Source: Stygiolobus sp. CP850M
GTDB lineage: Archaea > Thermoproteota > Thermoprotei_A > Sulfolobales > Sulfolobaceae
Assembly (NCBI RefSeq): GCF_037389425.1
Contig: NZ_JBBHKR010000064.1
Span: 86,110-110,109, forward strand
Length of the DNA stretch: 24,000 bases
Direction: 5' to 3'
In this document: piece after piece, positions 1 through 9,091 of the stretch
Layout of the letters: each line of letters starts with the position of its first letter
Position numbering within the stretch: the first letter of the stretch is position 1
Notes under the pieces: model-generated
Told to the model about the DNA's origin: nothing
The model's database searches: none
The model's input: only the letters and a program-made list of their open reading frames with translations
Made by a program: the position numbers and the translations under genes

Positions 1-249
1 GCCGGAGATTGTGCAACGACGACGAAATTCATACCAATGTCAGCTCAAGTAGCAGTCCAATCGGGAAGAAGAGCGATGTTGAATGCATTAGGGGAGGATG
101 AAAAGTTTAGGTTTAACCAACTAGCCATAATAGTCAGGATAGGGGGAATTTATTTTGGTGATTTTTATGGTAAATTTGTGAAAGGTGAGCTAGCTGAATT
201 AGCGGAAAAAGTGGGTATATTTAGAGCTATTAGACTCGTAATATCGTAA
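1..249 (+). CDS. C-terminal part of an FAD/NAD(P)-dependent (pyridine nucleotide-disulfide family) oxidoreductase, 5' truncated by the window edge
   Basis: Frame 1 is open from base 1: AGDCATTTKFIPMSAQVAVQSGRRAMLNALG...; the AGDC...(P)..AQ.A..QG/SGR pattern is typical of the second FAD-binding motif of NDH-2/SQR-like enzymes. The listed ORF at 37 is an internal Met. Confidence 0.75.
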   Translation, partial: AGDCATTTKFIPMSAQVAVQSGRRAMLNALGEDEKFRFNQLAIIVRIGGIYFGDFYGKFVKGELAELAEKVGIFRAIRLVIS

Positions 250-278
250 AAACGTTTTGACGGTATTAACGGGATAAA

Positions 279-289
279 ACTTTAAAATT
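279..289 (+). promoter_or_regulatory. TATA-like promoter element for tRNA-Thr
   Basis: aaactttaaaattaatg centred about 26 nt upstream of the tRNA 5' end; nearly identical element (aaacttaaaattaatg) precedes the tRNA-Leu gene at 16758-16772. Confidence 0.6.
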
Positions 290-309
290 AATGGGTAAAA
301 TAATAACTT

Positions 310-399
310 GCCGCCGTAGCTCAGACTGGTAGAGCGCCGGCCTTGTAAGGTCTATCTCGAGATAGCCGGTGGTCCGGGGTTCAAGTCCCCGCGGCGGCT
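310..399 (+). tRNA. tRNA-Thr (anticodon TGT at 344-346) with a 16-nt intron at about 348-363, canonical 37/38 position
   Basis: Acceptor GCCGCCG/CGGCGGC, D-arm GCTC..GAGC, anticodon stem CCGGC/GCCGG with loop CTTGTA(A) after intron removal, T-arm CGGGG-TTCAAGT-CCCCG. Confidence 0.93.
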
Positions 400-527
400 T
401 TCTTTTCTCTCAGATATTTTATGAGGGCCTCTCTTATTATCTCACTTCTGGTGTTTCTAGAATTAACTGCATAGAGGTCAAGCTCTTGTAACAACTCTTC
501 TTCGACCTTGAACGTGATTACTCTCAT
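381..527 (-). CDS. Small (48 aa) ribbon-helix-helix (CopG/Arc-type) DNA-binding protein, absent from the supplied ORF track
   Basis: Hand translation: MRVITFKVEEELLQELDLYAVNSRNTRSEIIREALIKYLREKKAAAGT*. N-terminal beta strand, helix, N-R-T-R-S-E-I-I-R-E-A helix as in RHH proteins; GAGGGAG Shine-Dalgarno-like sequence immediately upstream. Confidence 0.8.
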   Translation of the reverse strand: MRVITFKVEEELLQELDLYAVNSRNTRSEIIREALIKYLREKKAAAGT

Positions 528-596
528 GCTCCCTCAGTATTACCTTTTACGTAGATTATAAATAAGGGATTTTTCGCTTAAGTCAGAATAGAGAGA

Positions 597-1739
597 CTAG
601 ACTGAAACTAATACTTTTGCCTCCGTAAGTATTTCGTCGATTATTTTCTCTAAGAACTGAGGATCATTTTCATCTATTATGAAACCTTTAATTATCATGG
701 ACTCTGCTTCTTTTCTGCTGAATCCTCTAGTCTCCAGATAAAAGATAAGCTCATCTGGTACTCTCGAAATTGAAGCTGAGTGCTTTGCTAACTGAACCCT
801 CCCAGTCTTGACCTCTAACATTGGAGCAACTACTGCTTTAGAGTCCTTACCGATGTTATACGCTCTACCTATTATAGATGTTGAGGAATCTAACGCCTCT
901 TCTGATACTATTGCATCTCCTCCTATTACGGACAATGCGGAATCTGTAGATATAGCCTTTAGCATGCCATCGCTTTTACTCCTTTTACCTTTATGAATTG
1001 CACTTACTCTTACATTTATATTATCATCATTTAATCCTATGGTCTTTGCTGAAAATGTAGATATTGCGTTTTCCATTAATTCGATTGAGTAACTTACATG
1101 TGAGATAAACGACCTTGAGGTGAAAATGTTGGTGTTAAGCTCTCCTTTTACTAATGCCTTGGAATAAATGAATAGGTTAGAGGAAAGCCCTATTATAGTA
1201 AGATTTAGCTGTGCATCTCTTCCTACTTCAAAGGATATAACAGATGAGGTCATTCCATCCTTCGGACTATCGCTCATATAAACGAAGTCCATCGTGTCTC
1301 CGTCTTCTACTTTAACCTCTAAATTTAGGGGATAAAATACTCCTTCAGAAGACGTGTGGTAAAATAGGATCTTCTTTGACTTTAAATTTGATGAAGATAT
1401 GGTGATCTTATTTGATAATGCGAGTGTTAAGCTTACTAGCTTATGTTCCTCGGCTTTTATAAGTGAGTTAGTGGGTTCATCCTTTGTTTCGATCTCAGAT
1501 GGATAAGTAATTTCAGTATAACCATCTATCTTTCTTCCTTCCTTCGAGGGCAAGAAATCATTAACTTGTAGGTTCAATTTTTCAAATCTGCTCCAGTCTG
1601 TGTAGTGTTTTAGAGTAGGGGAATCGTTAATCCTCTGATAAGGGAGGGATAAATATAATGATAAAAGTCTTTCTCTTTCACTTTTATTACTAAACTTTGA
1701 AATATACTGTTGAGCTGAGGAAAAATCTATTATGGACAT
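597..1739 (-). CDS. sufD: Fe-S cluster assembly protein SufD
   Basis: SufBD family C-terminal core (SVLSVIGGDAIVSEEALDSSTSIIGRAYNIGKDSKAV...KTGRVQLAKHSASISRVPDELIFYLETRGFSRKEAESMIIKGFI); directly downstream of sufB. Confidence 0.9.
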   Translation of the reverse strand: MSIIDFSSAQQYISKFSNKSERERLLSLYLSLPYQRINDSPTLKHYTDWSRFEKLNLQVNDFLPSKEGRKIDGYTEITYPSEIETKDEPTNSLIKAEEHKLVSLTLALSNKITISSSNLKSKKILFYHTSSEGVFYPLNLEVKVEDGDTMDFVYMSDSPKDGMTSSVISFEVGRDAQLNLTIIGLSSNLFIYSKALVKGELNTNIFTSRSFISHVSYSIELMENAISTFSAKTIGLNDDNINVRVSAIHKGKRSKSDGMLKAISTDSALSVIGGDAIVSEEALDSSTSIIGRAYNIGKDSKAVVAPMLEVKTGRVQLAKHSASISRVPDELIFYLETRGFSRKEAESMIIKGFIIDENDPQFLEKIIDEILTEAKVLVSV

Positions 1740-3178
1740 TATGCGACTGCACCTAGCTTGTCGAGTTCTAATTTAATAACCTTGTTTAACATTGTAGCGT
1801 ATTCGAATGGTAACTCTTTCATTATCTCGTCTATAAATCCTAGTACTAGCATTGACACAGCTTCTTTCTCGTCTATTCCTCTGTTCTCTAGATAGAATAA
1901 CTGGTCTTCGTTCATTCTGAATGTGTGAGCCTCATGAGCTACATCTGCATCTTCCTCAAACACTTGATTATGGGGGAATGTATAGGCTTTAGTTTTTTCA
2001 TCTAACATTAACGAATCACACTTTACAAATGCTTTAGATCCCACTGCACCTTTGTTAACTCTTATTAGTCCTCTGTATATATTAACTCCTCCATTGAATC
2101 CGATGTTTTTACTTACGACTTTACTTTTAGTATTAGGTGCAGCATGTATCATTTTTGAACCACTATCTTTCCATTCTCCTTCTCCACTTGCTAATGTTAC
2201 TACTAAGCTGGTTGAGGTTGCATTTTTACCTCTTAGGATAGTGGAGGGGTAAACAAAGCTATATTTTGATCCTAAAGAGCCTTCTACCCATTCTACTGTT
2301 GCATTTTCATCAGCCCACGCTCTTTTATTATTAAAGTTAATTATGTTCTTGCTCCAGTTCTGAACTGTAGTGAATTTAATGTATGCGTTCTTCTTAGCGT
2401 AAAGTTCGACCATTCCGTCGTGGAAGGAGAACTTCTTAAACTGTGGCGCACTACATCCTTCTATAAAGTGAATATAAGACCCCTCATCAGCAATTAGGAG
2501 TGTGTGTTCAAACTGTCCTTCCATTTCTGTACCTATTATGAAAAACCCTTCAACGGGCATTGTTATTTTTACTCCTTTAGGGACGTATACGAATACTCCT
2601 CCACTCCATAATGCTCCGTGTAGGGCTGCGAATTTGTGGTCTGAGACTGGGAATATTTTTGTGAAGTATTCTTTGACTATATCTGGATACTTCTGGACTG
2701 CTTCTTCAGGGGGCATCATAATTACCCCTTTCTTTTGAAGTTCCGCTTTTACGTTACTATATATCGGTTCTGATTCAAAAGTTGCTACTAAACCTCCTAG
2801 GTATTGTTGTTCTGATTGTGGTATTCCTAACTGTTCGTAATATTTTCTTATTTCTGGTGGTATTTGATCCCAGTTAGAAGTTCTCTCTACGTCTGGTTTA
2901 ATGTAAATTTCCATTTTGGAAACGTCTAGCTCTGATAGGAAGTCAGGAAGCCAATTAGGTGTGGGGAGTTTTTCAAATAACTCAAGGCTTCTTAGCCTCA
3001 ACCTTAGCATCCATTCAGGTTCCTTCTTTATCTTAGAAATTTCGGTTATCACGTCTTTGCTAAGTCCAGATTCCACCACTCTCTTATGGAATTCTTGCTG
3101 TGTGAGCGAGTGATTTTTAGCTTCTATTGTAGCGTTTATTAATTCGTTTAGATCAACGGATATTTTCTCTTCTGGCAA
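1739..3178 (-). CDS. sufB: Fe-S cluster assembly protein SufB
   Basis: 480-aa class SufB with ALHGALWSGGVFVYVPKGVKITMPVE, EGCSAPQFKKFSFHDGMVELYAKKNAYIKFTTVQNWSKN, CDSLMLDEKTKAYTFP. Confidence 0.97.
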   Translation of the reverse strand: MPEEKISVDLNELINATIEAKNHSLTQQEFHKRVVESGLSKDVITEISKIKKEPEWMLRLRLRSLELFEKLPTPNWLPDFLSELDVSKMEIYIKPDVERTSNWDQIPPEIRKYYEQLGIPQSEQQYLGGLVATFESEPIYSNVKAELQKKGVIMMPPEEAVQKYPDIVKEYFTKIFPVSDHKFAALHGALWSGGVFVYVPKGVKITMPVEGFFIIGTEMEGQFEHTLLIADEGSYIHFIEGCSAPQFKKFSFHDGMVELYAKKNAYIKFTTVQNWSKNIINFNNKRAWADENATVEWVEGSLGSKYSFVYPSTILRGKNATSTSLVVTLASGEGEWKDSGSKMIHAAPNTKSKVVSKNIGFNGGVNIYRGLIRVNKGAVGSKAFVKCDSLMLDEKTKAYTFPHNQVFEEDADVAHEAHTFRMNEDQLFYLENRGIDEKEAVSMLVLGFIDEIMKELPFEYATMLNKVIKLELDKLGAVA

Positions 3179-3253
3179 TTGGGATTACCTCACATTAACT
3201 GTGTTAAAGATCTAATTTAAACTTGCTTATGAATAATTTGTAAAAAGAGTCTA

Positions 3254-3991
3254 TCATTTGACTATTCCTTCGTAACCTTTTTCATCTATTAGTTTAGCTA
3301 ACTCCATACCTCCGCTAGCAACGATCTTTCCTTTATATAGTACGTGTACTCTGTCGGCGTTGATATGTTCTAAGATCCTTCTATAATGAGTAATTATCAA
3401 ATACCCAGTATTGTTTTCCTCTCTGAGCTTTAGTATAGAATTTGAAATCGCTTTTAATCCATCCACGTCTACTCCTGAGTCTGGCTCGTCTAGGATTGCT
3501 ATTTTAGGTTTCATGAGGAGCATTTGAAGGATTTCTGTTCTTTTCTTCTCTCCTCCACTAAATCCTTCGAAAATCCCTCTGTTTAAAAGTGAGTCTGAAA
3601 CACCTACAGTTTTGCTTAGCTCTTTAACTTGTGATATCACTTGTAAGGGTTGTGTTGAGGAGCCGTAAATTCTGTTATATTCTGCTACAAGAAGCGTAGA
3701 AAGTTTAACTCCACTAATCTCTATAGGATTTTGGAAAGCTAAGAAAAGACCTTTTCTCACTTTCTCATAAGTCTCTAGGTTTGTGATATCTTCTCCGTCA
3801 AGAAGGATTTTACCTTCTGTGATTTTATATTTAGGGTGTCCCATTATAGCTAATGATAAAGAGGTTTTACCGCTTCCGTTAGGCCCCATAAGTACGTGAA
3901 TTTCTCTTGAGTTAATTTCAAGCTCTACTCCCTTAAGTATCTCTCTTCCTTCAACTTGCACGTGAAGGTTTTTTATTTTTAGCGTGGTCAT
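3254..3991 (-). CDS. sufC: Fe-S cluster assembly ATPase SufC
   Basis: ABC ATPase: Walker A GPNGSGKTSL, signature FSGGEKKRTEI, Walker B AILDEPDSGVDVD; gene context. Confidence 0.97.
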   Translation of the reverse strand: MTTLKIKNLHVQVEGREILKGVELEINSREIHVLMGPNGSGKTSLSLAIMGHPKYKITEGKILLDGEDITNLETYEKVRKGLFLAFQNPIEISGVKLSTLLVAEYNRIYGSSTQPLQVISQVKELSKTVGVSDSLLNRGIFEGFSGGEKKRTEILQMLLMKPKIAILDEPDSGVDVDGLKAISNSILKLREENNTGYLIITHYRRILEHINADRVHVLYKGKIVASGGMELAKLIDEKGYEGIVK

Positions 3992-4016
3992 TACTTTTCT
4001 CCATATCTATTTCTGT

Positions 4017-5018
4017 TCACGCATTAAAATTTCTCTCGATCCACGGCAATTCTTCCAAAAATATTGAGCAAGAGGAGTTTGTTAACGCCTCCTCTAAACT
4101 TTGAACTAACTCCTCTAGATAATTTTTGATTAACGGTTCTTGTATGTTAAGCTGTTCTAGTCCTTGTTTCAACTGGGAGATTATATTATGGCCGTTAGAG
4201 ATCCTTTTAACGCTCGGGAATAATATTGTCATTATGATCTCATCAAATAAGTCATTTATTTTCTGGAACATTTCCGTCAAGATCTTTACTTGTTCTTGAG
4301 TGAGGATCGGTTTAGTGTTCTTTATCGTGTTGCTTAATTTAGTCATAATGTTGTATACACGGAGAATAATAATCGAGTTAATAGCTATTATGAAGTTTCT
4401 TAATGTGTCTCTTTCAGACGTGTATCTGCCTCCCATACTCCTTCTCAATAACATCAATTGTACTCTCTTCAAGTCCTCTAAGCTAGGCTGCACTTCTGCC
4501 AAGGGTTGTCCTTTTAAGTATCCTAGAATTTCATCAACTTTTCTTGATGCAATGTTCAGAATACGTCTGAGAAGGGACTCGGAGCCTATTTTTTCAGTAT
4601 CGAGCAAGCAGTCCAGCTTTATACTGTTTTCACTAGTTTCTGCTACTTCAATTCCTACCAAGTGCTTTGAGTAATTTATTACGTCTTCAAATTCTTTAGG
4701 ATCTATGTTCTTTTTTGAAGTAAATACGATCTCGTCGTATCCTAAGATGTATAAACATGGTATTGCTGTAGTCATGGGTTGTTTATAGCTATCTATATCT
4801 ATCTTTACATTCCTCCTGTTGTAGTTTATCTTTACTTTTTCCGCTACTAACCTTAGTGTCCCATCTTCAGAGATCTCCATAATAATTTTATCTCCTGGTT
4901 TTATTCCCCACTTGTTAATCCACTTCTTGGGTAATGTGATGAAAAGGGAGGATGAACCTAATCTTTGAACTTTTCTAGTCTCCACGTCTTTTGGTGTTTT
5001 ATTAGTTTCCTCTGCCAA
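4017..5018 (-). CDS. AbrB/SpoVT-type DNA-binding domain fused to PhoU-like helical domain (transcriptional regulator)
   Basis: N-terminus ETRKVQRLGSSSLFITLPKKWINKWGIKPGDKIIMEISEDGTLRL is a swapped-hairpin AbrB domain; the C-terminal part is long and helical (PhoU-like). Confidence 0.8.
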   Translation of the reverse strand: MAEETNKTPKDVETRKVQRLGSSSLFITLPKKWINKWGIKPGDKIIMEISEDGTLRLVAEKVKINYNRRNVKIDIDSYKQPMTTAIPCLYILGYDEIVFTSKKNIDPKEFEDVINYSKHLVGIEVAETSENSIKLDCLLDTEKIGSESLLRRILNIASRKVDEILGYLKGQPLAEVQPSLEDLKRVQLMLLRRSMGGRYTSERDTLRNFIIAINSIIILRVYNIMTKLSNTIKNTKPILTQEQVKILTEMFQKINDLFDEIIMTILFPSVKRISNGHNIISQLKQGLEQLNIQEPLIKNYLEELVQSLEEALTNSSCSIFLEELPWIERNFNA

Positions 5019-5091
5019 AATAATTCCCTATTATTAAACTTAAACGGCGTTTATATAAACATTTCTAACTTATTCTAAGCTTTTAAAAAAA

Positions 5092-5463
5092 TTAGTGCTT
5101 CTTTTTAACCGTAATTACGATCAACCATTTGTGTCTTGTTACTTCAACAGAATTAGGATCTGCATCTGGTGGAATTGTGAATTTAAGATAATATGTATTA
5201 CCGCTTTTTGTCTTGCAATAAACTCTTATAGTGTTTTCACTTGTTGTGACTTTAAGGCTTGATGTATCGGCTTTCGGCATGTCTATTACATATTTATAAC
5301 AATCTTGTAGTTCCTCAACGGAGTATAAGGGAGATCTTGACTTAATGAAGTTCTCGACTTCTGCAAACTCTCTCTTAATTTCTTGCTCTATCTGCTTAAA
5401 TTCCTCCTTTTGTTTAGATATTAAGTATCTGATTAATTCATCCAGATCTTTAAAAACTGGCAT
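5092..5463 (-). CDS. HSP20/alpha-crystallin-like (CS-domain fold) protein with N-terminal charged helix
   Basis: CYKYVIDMPKADTSSLKVTTSENTIRVYCKTKSGNTYYLKFTIPPDADPNSVEVTRHKWLIVITVKK resembles an HSP20-fold beta sandwich. Confidence 0.7.
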   Translation of the reverse strand: MPVFKDLDELIRYLISKQKEEFKQIEQEIKREFAEVENFIKSRSPLYSVEELQDCYKYVIDMPKADTSSLKVTTSENTIRVYCKTKSGNTYYLKFTIPPDADPNSVEVTRHKWLIVITVKKKH

Positions 5464-5469
5464 TTTTAA

Positions 5470-6210
5470 TCACGCGTAGGTCATAGGTTTGCCAGATGCG
5501 TATCTTGGAAGTTCGGCTTTTGTTTGAGCCATTAAGCCTTTGATCTTCTCTCTTATCTCTTCTGCCTCTTGCATCAGTTCGTCTACAGATATGTTAAAAC
5601 CAATATATTTGGAAAGAATTGAAAGTGCTAGTGCAGATGCTTCGGGATCAGGTAGGTCTAAGAACGATTCCACTACTATGGTGAAGTTATTAATGTTCTC
5701 TTTTTTAGCTTCAATTAGTAACGGAGCATAGGGACCTGCGATATACCCGTCACCGAATTTCTTCATTAAGCCAAATTTTTCCATTTCTTGAGCGATCTCT
5801 TCACTATTACCTATCCAATACGCGTTTATTGTAGTAGCATTTAATCTGTCTTCTATCGGAAGACCTGTTATTGAGATGATCGTTGATATACCATATTTCT
5901 TAGCTATTTTTACTATCTCTCGTGAGATCGGATATAATGCTTCTGAGGGAATTGCTATCCACGAATGGAAGACGAGTATGTTATTTCCATGGTAAAGTTT
6001 TATGGGTGATTTAGCTATCCCGTCTTTTACGTGGGAGATAGGAGGTAGTAAACCTGGGGCATATAATGTGGCGAATTCCTTCAAACCGAGTTTTTCTATT
6101 AGGTATTCGGTGGCTATGACTCCTACGAGTCCAGCGTCAGGAATTCCTACAACCATGTAAGATGGCTTTGGAAAAACGGGCACGTATCCTTCTAATACCT
6201 CTATTGACAT
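5470..6210 (-). CDS. PAC2 family protein (proteasome assembly chaperone-like)
   Basis: PSYMVVGIPDAGLVGVIATEYLIEKLGLKEFATLY...PLLIEAKKENINNFTIVVESFLDLPDPEASALALSILSKYIG; characteristic PAC2 archaeal pattern. Confidence 0.85.
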   Translation of the reverse strand: MSIEVLEGYVPVFPKPSYMVVGIPDAGLVGVIATEYLIEKLGLKEFATLYAPGLLPPISHVKDGIAKSPIKLYHGNNILVFHSWIAIPSEALYPISREIVKIAKKYGISTIISITGLPIEDRLNATTINAYWIGNSEEIAQEMEKFGLMKKFGDGYIAGPYAPLLIEAKKENINNFTIVVESFLDLPDPEASALALSILSKYIGFNISVDELMQEAEEIREKIKGLMAQTKAELPRYASGKPMTYA

Positions 6211-6211
6211 T

Positions 6212-6643
6212 TTACAGTCCCTCCCTCTTTTTAATTGTATTTATGTACTGCTCGTAGTTTAACAGTTTTTCGATTTCTTTTGGATCTGAAATTTCTAGTT
6301 TGAAAATCCATCCTGCACCATAAGGTTCTTTATTTATTAATTCGGGCGAGGTAACTAATTCTTCATTGGCTTCTGTTATCTTTCCGGAAAGTGGGGAATA
6401 TATATCGGCAGCAGCTTTCACTGATTCTACAGTGGCGACTTGTTCTCCTGCTTTTACTTCCCTACCTGGTTGAGGTAAGTCAACTCCTACAATGTCTCTC
6501 AGCTTCTTCTGAGCGTAGTCTGTTATCCCTACCTTAGCCACATTATTTTCTATAGTTATCCACTCGTCGGTCTCAGTATAGTATCTGTCTTTTAAGACCT
6601 TATATTTTCCTCCTATAACGATTTCGTTGCTCATCTTTATCAC
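6212..6643 (-). CDS. gcvH: Glycine cleavage system H protein
   Basis: [59 protein letters not shown]; lipoyl-lysine context ESVKA. Likely start is the internal Met at about 6634. Confidence 0.97.
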   Translation of the reverse strand: MIKMSNEIVIGGKYKVLKDRYYTETDEWITIENNVAKVGITDYAQKKLRDIVGVDLPQPGREVKAGEQVATVESVKAAADIYSPLSGKITEANEELVTSPELINKEPYGAGWIFKLEISDPKEIEKLLNYEQYINTIKKREGL

Positions 6644-7683
6644 TTAATTAATGGGAAGTCTGATATTTTTACATCTATTAATTTTCCCCTTACGTCAATG
6701 TTTAAGTTAAATCCTAAGTAAAGGTGACTCGATTTAACGTAGCCCATTCCTATAACCCTGCTTAAGTAAGGGCTGTAAGTACTACTCGTAACATATCCTA
6801 TTTGAGTACCTAAAACTTTAAACGGATTGTCCCTTCTGGGTAAGATCCTCTCGTTCTTTTTTCCTTTAAATCCGATTCTTATCTTGTCTACTCCATTTTT
6901 TAACTGTTCTAAAATCTTGTCCCTTCCTATAAACTCTTTCTCTAGAGAGAAAACCCAATATCTGGCTTCTATAGGTGTAGTAGTTGAATCGATGTCCTCC
7001 CCATAAAGTACAAAACCCATTTCTTGCCTCAGACTGTCCCTAGTAATTAGACCTGCTGGCTTCACACCCAAATTAACAAGCTTGGTGATCAACCTTGAGA
7101 GTGTTTCGGGAGATCCCCATAATTCTACGCCGTCCTCTCCCGTCCACCCTGACCTACTTAATAAAAATACATCCTCGCTCATGAATTTTGTGTTCAACCT
7201 AAATTCTAAAGGTTGAAGATCCACTTTTTCAACGAAGTTCCACACATTTCTCCCCTGGATTGCAATCATAGCTAGATCGAATGTCAAGTCTTGAACATCT
7301 AGTGAGGAATTTTTCTTTATCCAACTGATTATTTTCTCTCTGTTTATAGCATTAGTAACAACGAGAAACTCATCCTCTTTGACCTTATATAACATTACGT
7401 CGTCTTCAAAACCACCCCTATCATTGAGGAATGCGGTAGGTCCTATCATTTTTCCTTCTTTTTCCTTGTTTATATCCTTGGCGACCAGTTTGTCCAACTC
7501 GTCATTTTTTCCCTTAATTCTGAGTCTTCCCATGTGTGAAAGGTCGAAAAATGCACACGATGTTCTCACAGCCATGTGTTCGTCTTGATAACTTGTGTAT
7601 TTCATCGGCATTTGCCAGCCTGCGAATTCTCCTATATCCGCATTTAGCTTTATTTCAATATCCAAAAGGGGTGAACTAAACAT
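6640..7683 (-). CDS. gcvT: Glycine cleavage system aminomethyltransferase (T protein)
   Basis: [68 protein letters not shown]. Confidence 0.97.
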   Translation of the reverse strand: MFSSPLLDIEIKLNADIGEFAGWQMPMKYTSYQDEHMAVRTSCAFFDLSHMGRLRIKGKNDELDKLVAKDINKEKEGKMIGPTAFLNDRGGFEDDVMLYKVKEDEFLVVTNAINREKIISWIKKNSSLDVQDLTFDLAMIAIQGRNVWNFVEKVDLQPLEFRLNTKFMSEDVFLLSRSGWTGEDGVELWGSPETLSRLITKLVNLGVKPAGLITRDSLRQEMGFVLYGEDIDSTTTPIEARYWVFSLEKEFIGRDKILEQLKNGVDKIRIGFKGKKNERILPRRDNPFKVLGTQIGYVTSSTYSPYLSRVIGMGYVKSSHLYLGFNLNIDVRGKLIDVKISDFPLIK

Positions 7684-7726
7684 TATTAACCGTGATCAAG
7701 TATAACTGTTTGATATTTATATGGAC
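7684..7726. promoter_or_regulatory. Very short divergent promoter region between gcvT and gcvPA
   Basis: Only about 40 nt separate the divergent start codons; TATAA at 7701-7705 is about 26 nt upstream of the probable leaderless gcvPA start at 7727. Confidence 0.5.
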
Positions 7727-9091
7727 ATGCATCCGTGGCTACCTAACCTAGCTCACATTAAGGAAATGCTTCAAGCAATAGGAGTACACGATATTTATGA
7801 TCTCTTCTCCGATGTACCTAACGAGATCCTATTGAGGAGAGAGCTTAACTTACCTTATAAAGAACCATTATCGGAGTACGAAATTACGTTAAGGCTTAAT
7901 GAATTAAAAAATAAAAACATGAAATTACTCATGCCCCCATTTATGGGTGGGGGTGTTTGCCCTCATTACGTTCCTGAGGCTGTAAAATTTATCATTAGTC
8001 GTTCAGAATTCTATACTTCTTATACTCCATATCAACCAGAGATAACTCAGGGTTTACTTCAGGCACTTTTCGAGTATCAGAGTCTGATTGCGGAACTATT
8101 AGAGATGGAAGTAGTTAATGCATCTCTATATGATTGGGGTTCTGCTTTAGCTGAAGCTGTGATGATGGCAAACAGAATCAACAAGAGATCTACAATATTA
8201 ATCCCAGAAAACATGAACCCTTATCATAAGGAGGAATTAAAAACGTGGGTATACGGTAAGGAAATAAAAATTGTTGAGATCCCTTATAACAAGAACTCTG
8301 GTCAATTAGAGTATGAAAAGGCAAAAGAGATACTATCGTCTTCTAAAGATATAACCGCAATATATATACAACAGCCTAACTATTACGGTATCTTTGAAGA
8401 GAATGTCGAAGAGATAGTAGAATATGCTAAAAGGAACAATATCATAACTATTATGGGTGTTAATCCCCTATCTCTCGGTCTTATAAAACCTCCAGGTGAA
8501 TACGGGGTTGATATTGCTATCAGTGATGGGCAGGAACTAGGCTTGCCTTTAAATTACGGAGGTCCTTTAGTTGGAATTATGGCAGTTAGGTGGGACGGGC
8601 AACTTATCAGACAAATGCCTGGGAGAATAGTAGGTCTTACTAGGGACTCTGACGGGAACAGAGCTTTTACATTAATTTTACAAACTAGGGAGCAATTTGC
8701 TAGGAGGGAGAAAGCAACTTCGAATATTACTACCAATGAGGCTTTGATGGCGATCGCAAATGCAGTATATTTATCTTTACTAGGGAGGAAAGGGCTAAAG
8801 GACTTAGCTGAGGAGATTTATAAGAGGAGTCATTATGCTAAAGAACGGTTCGAAAGGATAGACGGTGTTATCTCGCCCTTTAAAGGGGACTTCTTTGAAG
8901 AGTTCTTGCTCAAATTCCCCATTGATTACTCCTTAATTCACTCTCATCTACTAAAGAAGAAAATTCATGGTGGTATCAAAATTGATAGAAATGAGGCATT
9001 GTTTTGTGTTACTGAGGTTCACACAAAGCAAATGATCGACACTTTAGTAAGTGAGGTGAAGGAGGTTATTGAAAATGTGGAGACAAGCTAA
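7721..9091 (+). CDS. gcvPA: Glycine dehydrogenase (decarboxylating) subunit 1
   Basis: HPWLPNLAHIKEMLQAIGV, PFMGGGVCPHYVPEAVKFI, SEFYTSYTPYQPEITQGLLQALFEYQS; probable start at 7727 (MHPWLPN). Confidence 0.96.
   Translation: MDMHPWLPNLAHIKEMLQAIGVHDIYDLFSDVPNEILLRRELNLPYKEPLSEYEITLRLNELKNKNMKLLMPPFMGGGVCPHYVPEAVKFIISRSEFYTSYTPYQPEITQGLLQALFEYQSLIAELLEMEVVNASLYDWGSALAEAVMMANRINKRSTILIPENMNPYHKEELKTWVYGKEIKIVEIPYNKNSGQLEYEKAKEILSSSKDITAIYIQQPNYYGIFEENVEEIVEYAKRNNIITIMGVNPLSLGLIKPPGEYGVDIAISDGQELGLPLNYGGPLVGIMAVRWDGQLIRQMPGRIVGLTRDSDGNRAFTLILQTREQFARREKATSNITTNEALMAIANAVYLSLLGRKGLKDLAEEIYKRSHYAKERFERIDGVISPFKGDFFEEFLLKFPIDYSLIHSHLLKKKIHGGIKIDRNEALFCVTEVHTKQMIDTLVSEVKEVIENVETS

Noticed and set aside
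381-527. RHH protein as the antitoxin of a toxin-antitoxin pair
   Set aside because: No adjacent toxin-like ORF (VapC, MazF, RelE type); the neighbours are a tRNA and sufD.
808-2738. Plus-strand ORFs of 62-78 aa (808-996, 2052-2252, 2502-2738, 2916-3113) antisense to the suf genes
   Set aside because: Low-complexity antisense translations opposite strongly conserved genes, with no RBS or domain pattern.
4300-4674. 124-aa plus-strand ORF
   Set aside because: Lies fully antisense to the AbrB-PhoU gene and has no recognisable domain; long only because of codon bias.
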